Positions 29,959 through 40,215 of a stretch of DNA of 64,000 nt are shown one piece after another. The position numbers and the translations under genes were made by a program. The notes under the pieces were generated by a model. It had not been told where the DNA came from, searched no databases, and saw only the letters and a program-made list of their open reading frames with translations. Source of the stretch: Chamaesiphon sp. (lineage in GTDB: Bacteria; Cyanobacteriota; Cyanobacteriia; Cyanobacteriales; Chamaesiphonaceae); contig CBDFFH010000025.1 of assembly GCA_965246715.1 (NCBI GenBank), positions 1 to 64,000 on the forward strand, given 5' to 3'. Position 1 is the first letter of the stretch. Each line of letters starts with the position of its first letter.

Positions 29959-30399
29959 TTAATTGTCTTTCGTAGCTGCTTTGTCTGGTACTATCCGTTC
30001 GGCTAAGGCACTAAACCCTGGCAACCGCACTGATTTCTTTTGCCAGAGTAACACCATCAGCCATACACTAGCGATAAAGTAGCTGGAGGTAGCCAGACCA
30101 TTCAGAAATAATAACCGGAGTGCGAGGGCTGTCGATGCACCTGCGAGATCTGTGCCCACATCTAGACTCAGATAAGCACTCAACCACATTAAGGCCAAGA
30201 GGATCGATAAGCGACAGGCCGCTAATTGACGGCGATCGCGTTGGCGACGGTAGAGTGCCCAGATTGAAGGTACTAGTCCAATGACGGGTGTAAGGTATAG
30301 AAATGTTTCTAACCGTTCGAGTGCGTCGCGCTCTCGATTGCACACCGGCTCTACTTGGGGGGTATCGCTCATCAATGTCATCGGGTTTGTTCCTACCAA
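29959..30399 (-). CDS. Small membrane protein of unknown function
   Basis: Three hydrophobic segments; start uncertain. Confidence 0.7.
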   Translation of the reverse strand: MVGTNPMTLMSDTPQVEPVCNRERDALERLETFLYLTPVIGLVPSIWALYRRQRDRRQLAACRLSILLALMWLSAYLSLDVGTDLAGASTALALRLLFLNGLATSSYFIASVWLMVLLWQKKSVRLPGFSALAERIVPDKAATKDN

Positions 30400-30699
30400 C
30401 GCTAATATTTGTTCTGTATAGATCTAAAATCCCCAGTTTTTAACTATTTAGCACTATGTCGCTAAGTTTTTTTTGAAAAAGTTACAACTGCGCAATTACA
30501 GCAGGATAAATTCGCCTTTTGAGCAAGTTAATGTATAATATTTAACAACTGGCTTAAAAAGTTAACCTTTTCTTAATTATTTCAGATTTTCAGCTCTTTA
30601 CACAAGTGAAAATAGTCATTATTTGGCTAAGGAATAAGAAATATCCAATTGTGAATAGAGGATCGGCGATCGGGAATATGTCAAATGGGATACAAGATG

Positions 30700-32403
30700 C
30701 TAATTTTTAGCAGGAACCGTCCACCAGGCAAGAGCATAAGCTTGCTGAGGTAAGTTGATAGCTTGACGAAAGTGAACGCGGATTTTATATTTACCCGGAT
30801 CGTGAATTTGATGAAAAAGATGTTGGACGCTATCTACTTTGCTCGTGGATGCCCACAAGCTGCGATCGATATTATCATCTTCGGCATGCATTAAGTAGAG
30901 ATCGAGATGATTGAGGCCGCGATCGCGAAATTTATCGCCGAGATCGTATTTATTATTGGGATTGGGATCTGCTAATTCTACCAGACGATCCCATGCTAGC
31001 GTCATCGCCACCCAACTATTTTCGGCCAAAGGTCGCTCGATCGGATAATCTCGATACGTCCCTACACCGACTGTATTGTAATCCCAGCCGATGGGGGGCA
31101 CGGATGGGGTCGGTTGATACTGTCCAGCGCTAAACTGTTGATAAGCGCGCATCGCATGTAACTGTCCCGCACCCAATTGATAATCTAGCGGAATTTGCCG
31201 ATCGGTGTAAGCTTCGGATTCAAGCCAATCGCGATTATTTTTGGCCAACATCGTCCGCGTCATCCCCAGGCGCAAGCCATCACCGAGATCTTTAATTTTA
31301 TCGGCAGAATTTAACAGTACGGCCTTCATGACCTCATGCCGCCGCGCATCGAGACTCCAATGCGCTTCCAAGTTAGCAGAAATCTGGGATTTAGCTCGAT
31401 CGATCGAACTTAGATTCCGGCTGGTCGTCCGCAGCTTACCCTTGTCCACGATTAACTTCCGCGCGCGTAACTGGCGATCTCCAAACTCCTGTAATAAAGC
31501 CACCGTCCCCGTAACGTGCGGTGTGGCAAAACTGGTACCATTAGCGGTCACGGCCTTACCTGCGAGATTGTACAGACGGAGATTGCCACCAGGAGCCACT
31601 AAGCCGATCGATCGCCGATTGTCATTATTAACTTCCAGATCCTTGAGTTTTGTGGCTGTGCCGATCGGCTGTTCGCTGAGATTGGCAAAATCTAATTTAG
31701 TGTAAATGCCCTGCCGGATTGTAGAGTAGGCGATATTGAGACCGTTATAGTTATCGGTGGGAATCGAGATGCCGCCTTTACCCTGATTGCCAGCAACTAA
31801 ATATAAGACATTGTGGGCGCGCGCCGACCAATCCAGACATTGCGTAAATAGCGCATTGCCATCCAAGCTGGCCTGCGGACGCGGATCTCGCTCTAGTGGC
31901 TCCCCAAAGCTCAAATTGGTCGCGCGGACATCACCCCCATTCTGGGTAGCAATATGTTGGAGCGAGAGGCATTCCTCTGGCTGCCCGGTAAGCTTGGGAT
32001 TGCCCACGGCCGCAGCATAGAGCCGTGCATCGGGAGCCACACCGATCGCGTCTTTCTCCCGACCGATCATGACGGAGGCGACCATCATCGCGTGCTGTTC
32101 GACGTGAGTATTGGCTTTGGCCGCCCCATTTTGATAAAAGATTTGTTCGAGCTTAAACTTGGGGTTTTGAGCTGCCTTATCCCAGCCAAATTGCCCCGGA
32201 CGACCGATTTCCACTTGCCCGATCGCAATTTTTTTACCGGTGAGCTGGTAAGGTGCCCGATGCAATTGCACGGCATCGATCCCAGCAACACCGATCGAGC
32301 TGACCATCGGTAATGCCCAACTCGGTGTGACGATAAAAATTGCGATCGCGATCCCGAGCGTTATCCGCTGCCATTGTTTACCCACTATCTGCCTTAGCCT
32401 CAC
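30700..32403 (-). CDS. Secreted S8 (subtilisin-like) serine peptidase
   Basis: Signal peptide; HAMMVA, GVAPDA, AGNQG, GTSFATPHV motifs. Confidence 0.88.
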   Translation of the reverse strand: MRLRQIVGKQWQRITLGIAIAIFIVTPSWALPMVSSIGVAGIDAVQLHRAPYQLTGKKIAIGQVEIGRPGQFGWDKAAQNPKFKLEQIFYQNGAAKANTHVEQHAMMVASVMIGREKDAIGVAPDARLYAAAVGNPKLTGQPEECLSLQHIATQNGGDVRATNLSFGEPLERDPRPQASLDGNALFTQCLDWSARAHNVLYLVAGNQGKGGISIPTDNYNGLNIAYSTIRQGIYTKLDFANLSEQPIGTATKLKDLEVNNDNRRSIGLVAPGGNLRLYNLAGKAVTANGTSFATPHVTGTVALLQEFGDRQLRARKLIVDKGKLRTTSRNLSSIDRAKSQISANLEAHWSLDARRHEVMKAVLLNSADKIKDLGDGLRLGMTRTMLAKNNRDWLESEAYTDRQIPLDYQLGAGQLHAMRAYQQFSAGQYQPTPSVPPIGWDYNTVGVGTYRDYPIERPLAENSWVAMTLAWDRLVELADPNPNNKYDLGDKFRDRGLNHLDLYLMHAEDDNIDRSLWASTSKVDSVQHLFHQIHDPGKYKIRVHFRQAINLPQQAYALAWWTVPAKN

Positions 32404-32493
32404 TTTCTACATTTTGTTACAGTATTGCCAGTCCTAGCTCAAATTAACGCACACTGTGAACAGATAAAATTCTCGTGATTGGAGGAATCTCTC

Positions 32494-32583
32494 ATGTCTG
32501 ATACTCAAGTCTTTGTGGCTTTAGCCATTGCGCTGATTCCTGGATTGTTGGCATTACGTTTGTCTACCGAATTATATAAATAG
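32494..32583 (+). CDS. psaM: Photosystem I reaction centre subunit XII
   Basis: Not in ORF track. MSDTQVFVALAIALIPGLLALRLSTELYK, with GGAGG RBS upstream. Confidence 0.96.
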   Translation: MSDTQVFVALAIALIPGLLALRLSTELYK

Positions 32584-32652
32584 TTCGATCGGACGAGCGC
32601 TTGGAAGGGAGATCGCTATTTTCAGCAGATCTAACTTCGAGCATATTAAGCC

Positions 32653-32684
32653 GAGGAGCAGTCAATTGACTACTCCTCATTTTT
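32653..32684 (+). terminator. Rho-independent terminator after psaM
   Basis: GAGGAGCAGTC-AATT-GACTACTCCTC hairpin followed by ATTTTT. Confidence 0.65.
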
Positions 32685-32854
32685 ATCAACTAACTCGGCA
32701 TTGCCAAGAGTAAGATTTATAGCTCCTCTCTCCCTCCCCGCCTAATTCAGCACGCCAAAAATCCTGTGTGTCATTTGGATCTCAGTATTTTGACAGGAGC
32801 TATGGGGCAGAGCGTATAATAAGTAAAAAATTTATTGGGAATATTTTAAGTCTG

Positions 32855-33331
32855 ATGAATGCACTACCTTCGTTCGAGCCGCCAGAAGAGCGATTGCCAT
32901 CTAGGACAGCAAACCGCGCGCAACAAACCCGATCGCACAGCTCGCAATCGCCGCTAATAGAGCGCCCTGAAGGTAAGCGCCGCTCGCAGGTTAGAGCGAA
33001 TCCAGCTTACGCTCATCGCCGCCAGGGATTGGAAGTAGGCATCAAATTAGTTACTTATTCATCATTGTCGATGTTTGGTCTCGTGACCTTGGTTAATTCA
33101 CTTGGATACAACTGGGCGCAGCATAGTAAATTAGAGCATCTGGCAACGGCATTACAAGATGCACGGGTCAGAACTGCCAAAGTCAATCGCAATTTTGCGC
33201 ATTCCTTCGATCCACAGTTAGAGCAGACTATCATGGAAGAAAATAGCTATAAAGTCGCACCCAATCGACTTCAAATCGTTATTTCTAGCCCCACGATCGC
33301 TCAGTCTGCATCAAAGACTCCTAGTAAGTAA
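32855..33331 (+). CDS. Single-TM plus coiled-coil hypothetical protein (septum-initiator-like topology)
   Basis: Basic N-terminus, one TM segment, coiled coil ending FDPQ; ATG at 32855 preferred. Confidence 0.7.
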   Translation: MNALPSFEPPEERLPSRTANRAQQTRSHSSQSPLIERPEGKRRSQVRANPAYAHRRQGLEVGIKLVTYSSLSMFGLVTLVNSLGYNWAQHSKLEHLATALQDARVRTAKVNRNFAHSFDPQLEQTIMEENSYKVAPNRLQIVISSPTIAQSASKTPSK

Positions 33332-33417
33332 CGCAGGGGAGAACTAGACTGCTACTATTCGATCCAAAAGTAGCGGTTCCCAACCTCACAAAGATAATCC
33401 GGGGATTGGGAAGTACG

Positions 33418-33921
33418 TCAGTGAGATGTTCTAGATGGTGCGTTGGCGATCGAATGGGGGGTAGCGGTGAATTCGCTGGTCTCGCTCGCGGATTGCACGT
33501 TCGACTGCTTGTTAGTAAGCCAAATTTGTCCCTGTAAATGTCCAGTAGTGGCGATCTTCCCCACAATTCGGACGCTCGTTAATTGGGGGCAGCTCGCGAT
33601 CGGGAGCGGCCCGCTCAGATTTAGTTGGCGATCGGATAACTGACCGGATAGTGTGGGACGAGTGGTGGTGGAGGTAGCGTTGCCACTATTCTCGACTAGA
33701 CTGGCATTGAGATATATCCCCGACTGTTGAAGATCGAGCAAAAGTTGTTTGTTTTGCAGACAATTGGGTAAATTGCGATCGACGATTGAGTATCTACCTG
33801 TAATTGCAAGCGGCGCTTTGATATGAGCCTCGCCATAATTGGTGATTAAGAGAAAAAAGGCGATCGAGCCGCCAATCGCCAGACTGTATAATCCGAGCGA
33901 GCGAGCTGAAAAATTTTTCAT
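33418..33921 (-). CDS. Hypothetical membrane-anchored protein coupled to the antiporter
   Basis: N-terminal TM segment; ATGA overlap with the antiporter stop. Confidence 0.75.
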   Translation of the reverse strand: MKNFSARSLGLYSLAIGGSIAFFLLITNYGEAHIKAPLAITGRYSIVDRNLPNCLQNKQLLLDLQQSGIYLNASLVENSGNATSTTTRPTLSGQLSDRQLNLSGPLPIASCPQLTSVRIVGKIATTGHLQGQIWLTNKQSNVQSASETSEFTATPHSIANAPSRTSH

Positions 33922-36119
33922 AATGGTTGGTCGGTGTCTAAGGCAAAGCTCAGATGCGTACTAAATTGACTGTAACGGCGCACGATTAATAATGAAGACG
34001 CGCAACGGGTGGCAAGTCGATCGGTATAACTATCCAGTGTCGGTTTTCGCCGTCCCCAAGTTCTGCCGATGCCAGTAATTGTCAGATCTACCTGCTGTGA
34101 AAATTGCTCGATCGTGGCAATCGGATCGTTCGACGCGATCGTCGAAATATTCACTCGCGATTTAACACTCTCTGGCAGATTTTCCAATAAACTAGCTAGC
34201 TCGGCACTGAATTCATTATCTTGAGTGTCGGGTAAAGCAATGTGGATCAGTTTCAATTGTCGCTGGCGATCGTTCCAGAGCATTCTCAGGGCAATTTCTA
34301 CCGCGAGATCGTCATGATTGTTGGCGGTATAGGGGACGAATAAGGTTTTGTATGCGCAGGCTAGGAGCGGCTCTGGGCTAGTATCGATAAATACGGCCGT
34401 ATCGGCTGGAGTCTGAGCAAGCATCTGGGCGACCCTCCCGCCCAAACGGTTGTTGGTAAAAGTGGGACGGTGCCAGCCCAGCAGCACGAGATCCGCTCGA
34501 TCCAAGGTGGCGATAATTGCGGTTTTCTGGGCGACATCATAGCCAATTTGGACGATCGGTTGGAATAGCGATCTCAGTGAGACTGGTTCGAGCGTGGCAA
34601 TTGCGGCATTCAATCGCGCTAGTCGACGGTCGATCGCCCGATTTGCCTCGACTGGCGTACTTTTAAATAAGTAGTCCTCTTCTAGCTCGATCAGGTTTAA
34701 CGGGTTGACAATCGCTGACTGGCGATCGTTGTGAGCGATCGACATTGCCAGCTGGAGCAGTCCTGTTTGAGTATTGGGATTGGCAACGGGAACTAGGATC
34801 CGATAACCGATCGACGCAGAATCTACTGCATTTAACGATGACTGGTGCGATAATGCCGCAGATGCTGCGAGATCTTCTGTAGGTTGAGTTTGCAAGCGGA
34901 TCGATTTTTTTGGATACGTCCATTCCAAGAGGGGTGAAGTCATAAACGTCGTCACCAAGGCCATGACTACCAGCATCGTAAACAACAACGGTGAAATCAC
35001 GCCCAAATCTAGTCCGATATTGAGCACGATTAGTTCGGTCAAGCCGCGCGTATTCATCAACCACCCGAGTGCGGAAGCTTCTTGTTTGCCGATCTTACAA
35101 CTCCTGGCGGCGTAATAAGTCCCGACATATTTCCCGACGATCGCCACCCCCAGGATTGCCAAACATAGCAACCATAATTCTGGACTATTTAACAACCCAA
35201 TTTGAGTTTTTAGGCCGCTATAAGCAAAGAAAACTGGCAGTAAAAATATTAAAACAAAGTCCTCAGTTTTTTCGGCAATTTGTCTCACCAATCCTGGATT
35301 CTTGGGCATCGCCGCCCCGAGTAAAAATGCCCCAAAAATGAGGTGAATTCCGATCGCTTCGGTAATCAGTGCTGACAACACCACTGCCATATAAATTCCC
35401 GCCAACATCAGTTGGGACAATTTACCCGTGCGATCGTAATAAGTAGATAGCATTTTCAGCAGCCAGCGCCCGACGGTCAACATTGCGCCGATATACAGCA
35501 AGGAGCAAATAATCGTCGGCACCGCCCCAACCATACTATTGGTTTTAGTGACCGCAATTGCTAAAGCCAACAAACACCAAGCCGTGACATCATCTACTGC
35601 GGCACATGTCAATGCCAGGGTACCCAATCGGGTATTTTGTAGGTTATTTTCGGTGATAATTCTGGCCAATACTGGGAAGGCCGTAATCGACATTGCTGCA
35701 CCTAAAAATAGCGCAAATGCCGTAAACGACACACTCGCATTAGAGACGATCGGATAAATAACTAATGATAAAATTCCGGCTAACGAAAACGGGACTAAAA
35801 TACTCACTCCCGATGTCAAGACTGCCGTATTGAGATTGCCGCGTAAATATTTCGGATCTAATTCTAGCCCAATTAAAAACATGAAAAATATTAACCCAAT
35901 TTGCGATAGCACATTCAAAAAGGGAATCGCTGTCGGTGGAAATATTAAGCCTGATAATTCTGGTGATAGCCAGCCCAATAACGATGGGCCTAACGCAATC
36001 CCTGCAACTATTTCACCAATTACTAATGGTTGTTCGATCGATCTAAATAGCCAACCGACCAACCGCGACCCACCAATCACAATTAGTACTTCAATTAATA
36101 CCAGGACGACTGTACTCAT
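33918..36119 (-). CDS. Cation:proton antiporter (CPA2) with C-terminal USP-like domain
   Basis: QPLVIGEIVAGIALGPS, SITAFPVLARI, AAVDDV, NTRGLTEL; ILVPVANP USP-like region. Confidence 0.92.
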   Translation of the reverse strand: MSTVVLVLIEVLIVIGGSRLVGWLFRSIEQPLVIGEIVAGIALGPSLLGWLSPELSGLIFPPTAIPFLNVLSQIGLIFFMFLIGLELDPKYLRGNLNTAVLTSGVSILVPFSLAGILSLVIYPIVSNASVSFTAFALFLGAAMSITAFPVLARIITENNLQNTRLGTLALTCAAVDDVTAWCLLALAIAVTKTNSMVGAVPTIICSLLYIGAMLTVGRWLLKMLSTYYDRTGKLSQLMLAGIYMAVVLSALITEAIGIHLIFGAFLLGAAMPKNPGLVRQIAEKTEDFVLIFLLPVFFAYSGLKTQIGLLNSPELWLLCLAILGVAIVGKYVGTYYAARSCKIGKQEASALGWLMNTRGLTELIVLNIGLDLGVISPLLFTMLVVMALVTTFMTSPLLEWTYPKKSIRLQTQPTEDLAASAALSHQSSLNAVDSASIGYRILVPVANPNTQTGLLQLAMSIAHNDRQSAIVNPLNLIELEEDYLFKSTPVEANRAIDRRLARLNAAIATLEPVSLRSLFQPIVQIGYDVAQKTAIIATLDRADLVLLGWHRPTFTNNRLGGRVAQMLAQTPADTAVFIDTSPEPLLACAYKTLFVPYTANNHDDLAVEIALRMLWNDRQRQLKLIHIALPDTQDNEFSAELASLLENLPESVKSRVNISTIASNDPIATIEQFSQQVDLTITGIGRTWGRRKPTLDSYTDRLATRCASSLLIVRRYSQFSTHLSFALDTDQPL

Positions 36120-36405
36120 AAGATTTATTGTAAAGGCGGATTAAGGCTTGATAAATTTCAAATGTCAATATTGAATTACCTATTTGATGAGGATTGGTTC
36201 GTCAGTCACCCCTCTTACGAACATCTCAGATCTTCCACTAAAAATCAAGCTCGATCGAGCTTTACATCACAAATAACTAACGATCGATAATTAGGTAAGT
36301 AGAGCGGCGCAAATATTTACAACATCAGAAAAGACTGAAACCTAGATGGTGGGCATTGCCCAACTTACACATCTTTAAATACCTAACGATAACTAGCCGC
36401 TAATC

Positions 36406-37269
36406 CTATTTCCACTGACTAACAAATTCTAATCCTTTTTCTCGGCCGTGACGATACACCGAAACTAGACCGGTGGGTGTTGCTTTCGTAAAATCTACCC
36501 CAAATTCCGTGAGCGGTCGATCGGGACGAATTAGTGAGATCGGCCTACCACCGCTGGAGTTGGGGACTGGATCGATATGAAACATATCCTGATACAACGT
36601 CCCTGGTTCGTTAGAAATCGCGATCGTCTGTTGATATCCTGCGGCTACCATCGCTAATGCCGGACACAGACAAGTATAAGCGGCATCTACATATGGCCGA
36701 CCATCGATCCAAGCTGGCAGATCCCACGCGTGCATGATTCGCGAGGACGCATAAGCTACAGCCGGAAAGCTATTGGGTGTAATCCGAAAGGGTTCGGGGT
36801 GATGTGTGCTAAATAACGTCAAGCGCAGATTGGCATCTACCCAACTGCGATCTTTTTGGACGGAGGCGCGTAATAGGCGTTTGCCTAGTGCTTGTGCCTC
36901 GTGGCTTTGAGTTTGCGCGGCTGCGGTGGGATTAATTACTGCATTGGTAGCGATATACAGAGCGGGAGTCTGCGGCTGATATAACTGTTTCCGTAACGGC
37001 TTACTAAAGATCCGAATTCCCCGCTGCACCACTTTACTCATATTTTGCCGAGGTTGTTGCAAGGCATCCAGTCCTGCCAACCAATAGTCTACTCCTAAAT
37101 TTCCGGCGCGACCGATCGCTGCCCAACTTGTCGGAATTACGGATGAAGATGCGGCTGCATAGGCATCGGCGACGATTCCAGATTCTTCCAGTGCAGTCAA
37201 TACTCCATGAGCAAAAGCTCCTTTAAAACTACCCACTGGAGTAGCGATCGCTAATGATTTACCCTTCAA
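36406..37269 (-). CDS. Divergent patatin-like protein
   Basis: GSFKGAFAHGVL, AASSS, AYASS and YVDA at positions matching patatin motifs. Confidence 0.6.
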   Translation of the reverse strand: MKGKSLAIATPVGSFKGAFAHGVLTALEESGIVADAYAAASSSVIPTSWAAIGRAGNLGVDYWLAGLDALQQPRQNMSKVVQRGIRIFSKPLRKQLYQPQTPALYIATNAVINPTAAAQTQSHEAQALGKRLLRASVQKDRSWVDANLRLTLFSTHHPEPFRITPNSFPAVAYASSRIMHAWDLPAWIDGRPYVDAAYTCLCPALAMVAAGYQQTIAISNEPGTLYQDMFHIDPVPNSSGGRPISLIRPDRPLTEFGVDFTKATPTGLVSVYRHGREKGLEFVSQWK

Positions 37270-37364
37270 TATGATTTAGCACAAATTCAACTGCTGTTAT
37301 TTTAACCGCCCCAGTACCTTTGACATGGCTTTTAGCTCGGAGCGAGATCTCCGATCGATCGTCC

Positions 37365-38258
37365 TTAACCAGAGGTGAGAAAGGGATGAATTGCCGCGTA
37401 TAATTCAGTCGCATATTCTTCATGCAATCCTAGCGTCCCTGGTAATGTAACGCTGACAACACCTGCTACTTCAGCGAGTGCACGCATTTCTGCTTTCGAT
37501 TTGGGTGGACTATTCTCGCCGATCGCGATTAGGACGGGTATATTTAAAGATTGTAAATGCGCCAGCGCCTCAGCTCGATCGAGATAAGGATCTAGCCCCC
37601 CAGTTACGAATGCTCCCGCACCAAATCTCGCTCCTGGCTGTTGAGTCAGTTGGCGTTTGCCAGTCATAAACTCAGGCGTTAATTTACTTGCATCGGTATA
37701 AACATGTCGCCGATACATGAATCCTAAAAAGCTAGGAGTAGTATTTAGTTGGTACAAAAATTGACCGATAATCGGCGTACGAATCAGATCCCGCGCTATC
37801 TTCAACCACGGCTTTTGTCCTTTGGCCATCGTCGGCAATGGCCCACGCCATGTAGGTGCGACGAGAACCAGCTTGGCAACGCGCTGAGGCAATCTGGCAG
37901 CGGTATCGAGTGCATAGCCCGCAGCATGGCCGGCGGCGATAATCGTTACGGGAGCAGATCCATAAATCTCGCGCAGAAAGTCTTCGATGAATTGGCGATA
38001 AAGTGGCGGCGCATAATCTAACGATGGTCGATCGGAATCGCCAAAACCGGGGAAATCGACAGTAGTAACCTGAAACTCCGAGCGTAGATATGCTGCCAAT
38101 CCAGACATCTCAGTACGGCTAGAAACTGTGCTAAAGGCAGGTAACAGGAGTATCGGTTCTCCTGCCCCATCAGTCTCGTAGGCAATGCTTACTGACTGTC
38201 CTTGCCAGTTCCATGAGTATGTTTGGGTGGTGTGTTGGGGGATATCGATGAGTGTCAT
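37365..38258 (-). CDS. Alpha/beta-fold hydrolase
   Basis: LLLPAFSTVS, VDFPGFGDS, LVLVAPTW, GLHEE motifs; ATG at 38258 preferred. Confidence 0.85.
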   Translation of the reverse strand: MTLIDIPQHTTQTYSWNWQGQSVSIAYETDGAGEPILLLPAFSTVSSRTEMSGLAAYLRSEFQVTTVDFPGFGDSDRPSLDYAPPLYRQFIEDFLREIYGSAPVTIIAAGHAAGYALDTAARLPQRVAKLVLVAPTWRGPLPTMAKGQKPWLKIARDLIRTPIIGQFLYQLNTTPSFLGFMYRRHVYTDASKLTPEFMTGKRQLTQQPGARFGAGAFVTGGLDPYLDRAEALAHLQSLNIPVLIAIGENSPPKSKAEMRALAEVAGVVSVTLPGTLGLHEEYATELYAAIHPFLTSG

Positions 38259-38648
38259 TTTGGATTTTGGATTGTTTGTTCGCAATTCTTTCGGTATAGC
38301 AGATCGCTGTTCTATATTCGATGCTGATTCGTGCGGTTTCAACTAGACATCACCAGACGGTTTTTCGACCCAAAATTTTTCTCTAGCCTCAATCTCGACA
38401 ACTTTCAATGGTACGGCGATCGTGCGATCCTCTCAACTAATTCTAACAAATCGTACTCTTGACAAAGATTGATGAGGGTACGATTTTCACAAGGACCATC
38501 TGAGTCGATCTGTTGGGCTTCGCCTTGCTCGACCCAACCTCCAGATCTTCTTTTTCATGCAACGCCGATATTTCTAGGGTGCGGGACTAGCCACTACGCA
38601 CTAAATAGGGGACAATATCGATCGCAGACGAGTGGATAAAACAAACTA

Positions 38649-39683
38649 ATGGTTCAAGAGAGAACTTTACCCGCATTTGAGCCACAGCCGGGAGAAATTA
38701 CCAAAGCAGAAGGCTCGATGTTGTACCGAGACATGATTCTGGGTCGCTTCTTTGAGGACAAGTGCGCGGAGATGTACTATCGAGGCAAAATGTTTGGTTT
38801 TGTCCATTTGTACAACGGTCAAGAAGCAGTAGCCTCCGGCGTGATTAAGGCGATGCGCCCAGGTGAGGACTATGTTTCGAGTACTTACCGCGACCACGTT
38901 CATGCACTTAGTGCGGGCGTACCCGCACGTGAGGTGATGGCGGAGTTATTTGGCAAGGAGACAGGCTGTAGCAAAGGGCGCGGCGGCTCGATGCACATGT
39001 TTTCCAAAGAGCATCAGTTTTTGGGTGGTTATGCCTTTATCGCTGAAGGGATTCCGGTGGCGACGGGCGCGGCATTTGCGAGTAAATATCGGCGCGAAGC
39101 TTTGGGAGATGCGAGTTCGGATTTGGTATCGGCTTGTTTCTTTGGTGATGGTGCTGCCAACAACGGACAGTTCTTTGAATGTCTGAATATGGCAGCATTA
39201 TGGAAGTTGCCGATGATTTATGTCGTTGAAAATAATAAATGGGCGATCGGAATGTCGCACGAACGCGCGACTTCAGTACCCGAAATCTTCAAAAAAGGTG
39301 CTGCTTTCGGGATGCACGGCGTGGAAGTCGATGGGATGGATGTCTTAGCTGTCTATCGCGTCGCTAAAGAGGCGATCGCGCGCGCACGTGCTGGGGAAGG
39401 CCCAACGCTGATCGAAGCCCTCACGTACCGTTTTCGCGGTCACTCACTGGCAGATCCAGACGAACTCAGATCGAAAGAAGAAAAAGACTTCTGGCTCGCT
39501 CGCGATCCGATCGAAAAGTTTGCTGGTTATCTCGTCAATTCAGGTTTGATGACTCAAGACGAGATCGCGGGACTTAACAAGGAAATACAAGATATCGTCG
39601 ATGATTCGGTCGAGTTTGCGGAAAATAGTCCCGAACCCAATCCTGATGAATTACGCCGCTATATCTTCGCTGGCGATTCGTAA
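38649..39683 (+). CDS. pdhA: Pyruvate dehydrogenase E1 alpha subunit
   Basis: [25 protein letters not shown] motif, [10 protein letters not shown]. Confidence 0.97.
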   Translation: MVQERTLPAFEPQPGEITKAEGSMLYRDMILGRFFEDKCAEMYYRGKMFGFVHLYNGQEAVASGVIKAMRPGEDYVSSTYRDHVHALSAGVPAREVMAELFGKETGCSKGRGGSMHMFSKEHQFLGGYAFIAEGIPVATGAAFASKYRREALGDASSDLVSACFFGDGAANNGQFFECLNMAALWKLPMIYVVENNKWAIGMSHERATSVPEIFKKGAAFGMHGVEVDGMDVLAVYRVAKEAIARARAGEGPTLIEALTYRFRGHSLADPDELRSKEEKDFWLARDPIEKFAGYLVNSGLMTQDEIAGLNKEIQDIVDDSVEFAENSPEPNPDELRRYIFAGDS

Positions 39684-39698
39684 TTTTGCGCGATCGAT

Positions 39699-39731
39699 TT
39701 CCCTAATTCTTAGATTTTAAGAGTTAGGGAA
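39699..39731 (+). terminator. Hairpin after pdhA
   Basis: TTCCCTAATTCTTA-GATTT-TAAGAGTTAGGGAA. Confidence 0.5.
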
Positions 39732-39894
39732 TATCGTGCTGTTTGTTCTCGATCGATGGAATTCTACCGATCGATCTATGTAAGGTCAGTTCGATATATA
39801 AATCGATCGTTCAGAAGTACAAATGTTGTTGTGAGAAGCAAAAACCCGGATCTGGGGGTCGGAACCCCAGACCCCCCGCTGAGGCGCTACCGTG

Positions 39895-40103
39895 TATAGA
39901 ACCCATTTGAGATCTTTTAAGCGATCGGGTAGAATCGATTAAAATCGGTGAAGTCCAAGCAGGGCAGTGGAAATCATGGGATATTCAAGTGATGTGACAG
40001 CTAAACGTTCAAATGCCAAGCTCAAGCTGTGTTTTATTCGGCTCATGCTCAAACGTTTAGCTGTCACATCTACCCACTGAAAAGATCTCAAATGGGTTCT
40101 ATA
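39895..40103. mobile_element. MITE sharing its end with the truncated IS at 48693
   Basis: 24-bp inverted repeats TATAGAACCCATTTGAGATCTTTT / AAAAGATCTCAAATGGGTTCTATA; internal inverted repeat GATGTGACAGCTAAACGTT; first ~50 bp nearly identical to 48693 onward. Confidence 0.85.
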
Positions 40104-40215
40104 GAGTGCCTACGATTGAAATCGTGGCTAATGTTGCCAAGTCCGCCTGCGCGGACTTCGGATCACGAGTAGCTGTTTTAAGCGCTTGAGTTACAAGTAT
40201 CAACTTGGGTTATTT

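Noticed and set aside
29914..29976. Short direct repeat AATTGTCTTTCGTAG x2
   Set aside because: Only two copies at a gene end; most likely a local duplication with no evident function.
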